The notes beneath the pieces were generated by a model, which saw only the letters and a list, made by a program, of their open reading frames with translations, ran no database searches and was not told the origin of the DNA. A stretch of 60,052 bases of DNA, counting the filler, from Sluysia triapertura (lineage: Eukaryota), in the NCBI GenBank assembly GCA_046118255.1. It is 5 parts of 5 records of this genome, joined end to end, with 100 filler letters (N's around TTAATTAATTAA, not from the genome) between each part and the next. Parts side by side here need not be neighbours in the genome. Positions count along the whole stretch, not along the records: positions 48,299 to 60,052 come from JBJNIA010173033.1; 4 more parts are not named here. One strand, written 5' to 3'. The first letter of the stretch is position 1, and every line of letters starts with the position of its first letter. This document shows, piece after piece, positions 55,700 through 60,052 of the stretch. Position numbers and translations under genes: made by a program.

Positions 55700-57560
55700 A
55701 GAAAAATGATACCTAAGCTAAATAAAAGGCCCATAAGAGACATGCAAGAGAAGTATTTGAGAAAGCCATAATGGATAATCTTGAAGAAAATTTTATCAAA
55801 CTTTCATAGCTTCGTCAAGCAACGCTATGGAATTAAATATTATTGTAACAAAAAGAGGATCACCAAAAATAATCAAAACATCAAACCGGACAATAACCAT
55901 ACCTCCATTAAAATATATTAACAATATAAGAATTAACAAACCGGGGAAAGAGAATAATGAAAATGTGAATGAAATAGAGTTAAGACAAATTGCGCCAACA
56001 GATGAACAAAACTCCAGATTATCAGGAATCTAGTACAAATTTTTATTTCCAAAATTAAATGTTCTCAAGAAAACCGACCAAATAAATATAAGAAACTTGA
56101 AAGAGAACATAACCAAAATCATCACGGAAATTTTGATTTTAATCAACTATTATTAAAATTCTATAATTCCACTACGGGAAATTATGCAACATACGAATGA
56201 GACGCACACCTACAGATATATCATCCAACTCACATTTCTGACTAGCACTGCCGATTGGAAGTACTTAAGAAATTCATCGCAGAGATTCTTATTAGGAAAA
56301 GTATAACAATAAAATATTAGTTTTCTCTCCAATTCATTCTAAGCTAATAGCTGAAAATGATAATAAGTTTATTTTTGTAAATTTAACTTTAAAATTTTCG
56401 AAAATATAGCAACGATAATGTGTTAACTACGTTTTGAAAAAAGTCATTTGATACTTATAATCTTCAACGTTTTAGATCTTCAACAGTTTTATGAGTACTC
56501 TACACGAAAATCTGACTTCAAATTTGCAAGGTTTCTGTAGAACAGATAATCCATCTCTAATTATAACTCAAAGCACCAACCATATGACAAATTCAAATAA
56601 AACTCAATCTGCTCCAATAATAATATATGACTTCATAGATATATGTAACTTTACAAGGAAGTTACAAGATACTGATATAATAAAACTGCAATTTAAACAG
56701 AAAAGAATTTCAGAAGAACAAAAACAGTCGAAACTAAGCATAAATAATAGAATCATTTCGTGTCAGGAATTACTAGAAAATATTAACTTTACGAAACCAG
56801 ATACATATGTAGAACAAGAATAGTAAAATCTAAGTCTATACTTACTAATACGAAGCGAATCTTCTTACTGTGTCTCGGAAATATTTTGCTCAAAATACAA
56901 TATTAATAAGAAATATGTATTTGAGAAAATTATTAATAATACGATAACAGATGAATATTCGGATCGTGAAACAATAGAGAATTGCTTCAAAGGCAAAAAC
57001 ATTTCTCCATATGAAACTAACTGCATCCATAATTTTGCTTTGATTTAATTTCAGAATCGGAAGTTATACAAATACTGAAAAACTCATCAAATTTTGCTCC
57101 TGGATTTGATAATATTTCATACAAAGACTTGAAATATTGTGATCCGAAAGCCGAAATGCTCACTTGCTTATTCAATAAGATCTTGACCACAAAACAGATC
57201 CCAAATTCATGGAAAACATATGAGACAATAATGATACCAAAACCAGATAAATCTGATTACAAATTAATATCATCTTGGTGACCAATTGCTCTTTTACTAG
57301 TTGCTTAACAAATCAATTTATGACATGCATTACATATAATCAATTATTAAACTGTTTTCAAAAGTCAGCTGGAAATTTCGAAATTTACTTTGACATATCA
57401 AATTGAGAAATATCAACGGTGTCATTCTATCATTCCAATCCATATTGCTTTTCTGAATATAGCTGAAGCCCTTCCATCTATAACAATAAAACATATAAAT
57501 GGTCTACTTGGAATTATGGAATCAAATCAACTTGTTAAAAATATCTACATGGGTCGATAT
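55700..57560 (+). mobile_element. Decayed non-LTR retrotransposon, R2/NeSL/Utopia-like (RLE group), N-terminus plus first RT motifs
   Basis: 57040-57310 reads ISESEVIQILKNSSNFAPGFDNISYKDLKYCDPKAEMLTCLFNKIL..KQIPNSWK..ETIMIPKPDK....SSW*PIALL, followed by IAFLNIAEALPSI (the LD..AF.S motif). No APE domain is recognisable upstream. Confidence 0.8.
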
Positions 57561-58679
57561 TAACATTTGTGTGTAGGGCGAAAATTTATTTATTTTGTTT
57601 GCATTTTTATTTTTTTTGAAAAATTTAATAACTAAATTATAAACATTAATAAAAAACAAACAGTTTAACTTAAACCTTGCAATTAGAAATGAATTAAATA
57701 TTAATTTTAAAATTGCTAAAAAATAGGCTTAAGGCCAGAAATAACTAGTAAATTTAAAACTCTAATAAAATCCAACAACCTAACAAACAGCCATGATAAA
57801 TTAGTCTAATATTGATGGTTGCGTATGATGGTGTTTAGAACGTAAAATCTTCTAAATTAATCCCCACGGAAACATTAAAGGAAAAAGTATTTTCAACCAT
57901 TATTTTTTTGGGTATTATCTCATAAATCTCATTTCATAAAGCTTTCATATGAGTTATACTTGTCATTTGATTTAAGAGCTATATTAGAATATATAATCTT
58001 CATTCCTTCAGTGATCTGTCTTATAGATTCTAATATTTCTATAGAAGTATGTTCGATTTTCAGTTTTTTAACAGTTCTACTTTGAATCACCGAAATTTTA
58101 TAGATCTGAGTATATATTTCTTTATGAAACAAATTAGGCACAGCAGTATTTTCACTGAATAGATTCAACAGACTTAAATATCCACAAAACATTTTATGTA
58201 ACTGATTGACATTGTTTATCTGAGTGGTATATATAGTATGAAACAATTATAATATAAAACAATTATTATAATATTAGATTGTTGCACTTGAAATTCATGA
58301 TAATTACGGAGTAAAATATTGTATTGGTTTTATAGAAATATTATGTTTTTAAATCATGAGTCCAGACGCATAAGCGAAACAGCTATAAACATTAATGTGA
58401 CATATCAGCAATATAATCATTAGTTTTTGGATTCCAGAGATCAGCTTAAAGTTATTGTTGAAAAAATACTCTTACAACCCTTACTGAACTTCTAGATGCC
58501 TTCAGTATATATCTCAATACCAAATTACTTAAACAAAAACAAAATTATGTAACGATTATGAATTTATTTTTCTTTACAAATAATAAACAAAACAGAGCCA
58601 TTTCTGAAATAAATAGTAAGGTGCGATATTAGATAAATCACAAATCCTAAAAATGTCCAAACCTACTATCCAACAAAGA

Positions 58680-59000
58680 AACAATAGCAGTCATTGCAAT
58701 TTCTCTAAATATGTTAAAACTATTACAGATTAAGACTACATTGTGAAGTTGAAATTATACATAGGCAAATGTACAGAGAAACCAAGATTAATCAATCATA
58801 GTCATCAAATTTTATTGCATGGCATTACTAGATTTCAATGATTTAGAATATGAAATTCTACTTCATCAACTGTATTCGCCTAGTCTTTCTTCTGTGGTTT
58901 ATCAATTTTTCTGATGTCACACATTTCAAACTGGAATAGGTAAACTACCGAAATGTTGGAAAACATATAGATGGTAATGGTTGTTATTTTGATTAATAAA
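58680..59000 (+). mobile_element. mariner transposase 3' remnant
   Basis: QILLH, EYEILLHQLYSPSLS (HPPYSPDL), GIGKLPKCWK and DGNGCYFD*. Confidence 0.8.
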
Positions 59001-60052
59001 TATTCCTTTAGAATTTATTTAATTTTAAATATTTTAAAAGTCGACAACATAATTTTACGAAACTGATTTTAAGTTAACAATCAACTACGATCCTAGTCTT
59101 ATGTGTTACGGCTAGTCCCTAGATAGGAGTAATTGTTGCAAGGTTGTGAAAGATTATTATAACTTATTTATATGTTTATTTTCAAAAGATATATTTGTAG
59201 TTTATATATTTTAAATTGGGGTTAAAAAAACACAATCAATTTTCTGTCATTACATATGTTATTTTATTTTGTTGAACCGAACCTGCAGTAATAAGTTCAT
59301 TACGATTTCTTGTAAATAAAACCTTTTGTAATTCTGATAAAAGAAATAAATTAAAAATATTTTAAAACTATATAAGTGAATATCTAAGATTTTTTTGCTA
59401 AATTATGTCGTTCGATGTTAAAACGATAAAGATAAATAATTTACTTCGGTCTTATTTATATAGAACCGTGAATTAAAAAGTTTATCTAGAATCTCTCTAA
59501 ATAGATCCTCTAAAAATGTTAAAAGCAACGAATTTTAGAAAAATTAAAACTATGAATATATTTCACTACTATTAAGTAACTAAAAAAAGTTATTAAAATT
59601 TAAAACTCAATAAATAAGGTCACAATTAAAAATTGTTAATTGTTTCTGAATAAATTAAATATTGACTATAAAGATCTTTTCAAGATTATTTTGTGAAACA
59701 ATAATCTTATCTTTGTTATTTTATTTAAGTATTTTACGTTGCAATCTTATTAAAGGATTGCAATTACTGTAAAATAAACAAAAATTAAGTGGATTTTATT
59801 TATCACTATTTAAAATTGTGAATCAACTTATAATTAAATTAAACAAACGATTTTTACATTTAACACGAATTTTGTCAATAAATGAATTATTAGATAATCC
59901 GAAAAAATCAGTTAATAAAATTTTGAAGTTCAGTAATTGAAAATTGTTAATTAATAAGCAAATGAAATGTCTAAGAGTCTTTTAATATATCTCAATATGT
60001 TTAATTTAATATGTATGCATTTGCAAATGTATTTAAACACACACACACACAC

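Overview
Very AT-rich (roughly 20-25% GC by eye), gene-poor nuclear DNA from an animal. The evidence is SHC, filamin-repeat, malic enzyme and Vps39 homologues with GT-AG mini-introns of 32-36 nt, a size seen in several compact or parasitic invertebrate lineages; the species cannot be named. The window is not contiguous. Five pieces of about 11.3-12.4 kb are joined by identical artificial 100-bp spacers (N44-TTAATTAATTAA-N44), and there is one plain N gap. Host genes appear only as fragments: the 5' five exons of a malic enzyme, the 5' exons of an SHC PTB-domain gene, an internal filamin-repeat exon, an intronless decayed Vps39, a probable MAP1/futsch-like pseudogene and several unidentified exon remnants. 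The rest is transposon debris: Tc1/mariner, pogo/Tigger, piggyBac and its MITEs, a hAT-like MITE, CR1/L2-type LINE ends, an R2/NeSL-type non-LTR element, a tRNA-derived repeat and (AAT)n microsatellites. I found no complete novel protein-coding system. The best leads are: (i) a repeat with a tRNA-shaped core and a conserved upstream module, one copy lying inside an (AAT)n tract; (ii) an LTR-like repeat carrying a perfect six-unit heat-shock element; (iii) clean 5' gene halves that end abruptly in debris; (iv) a ~4.3-kb run of unidentified decayed intronless ORFs. All homology calls come from manual translation and recalled family motifs, not database searches.
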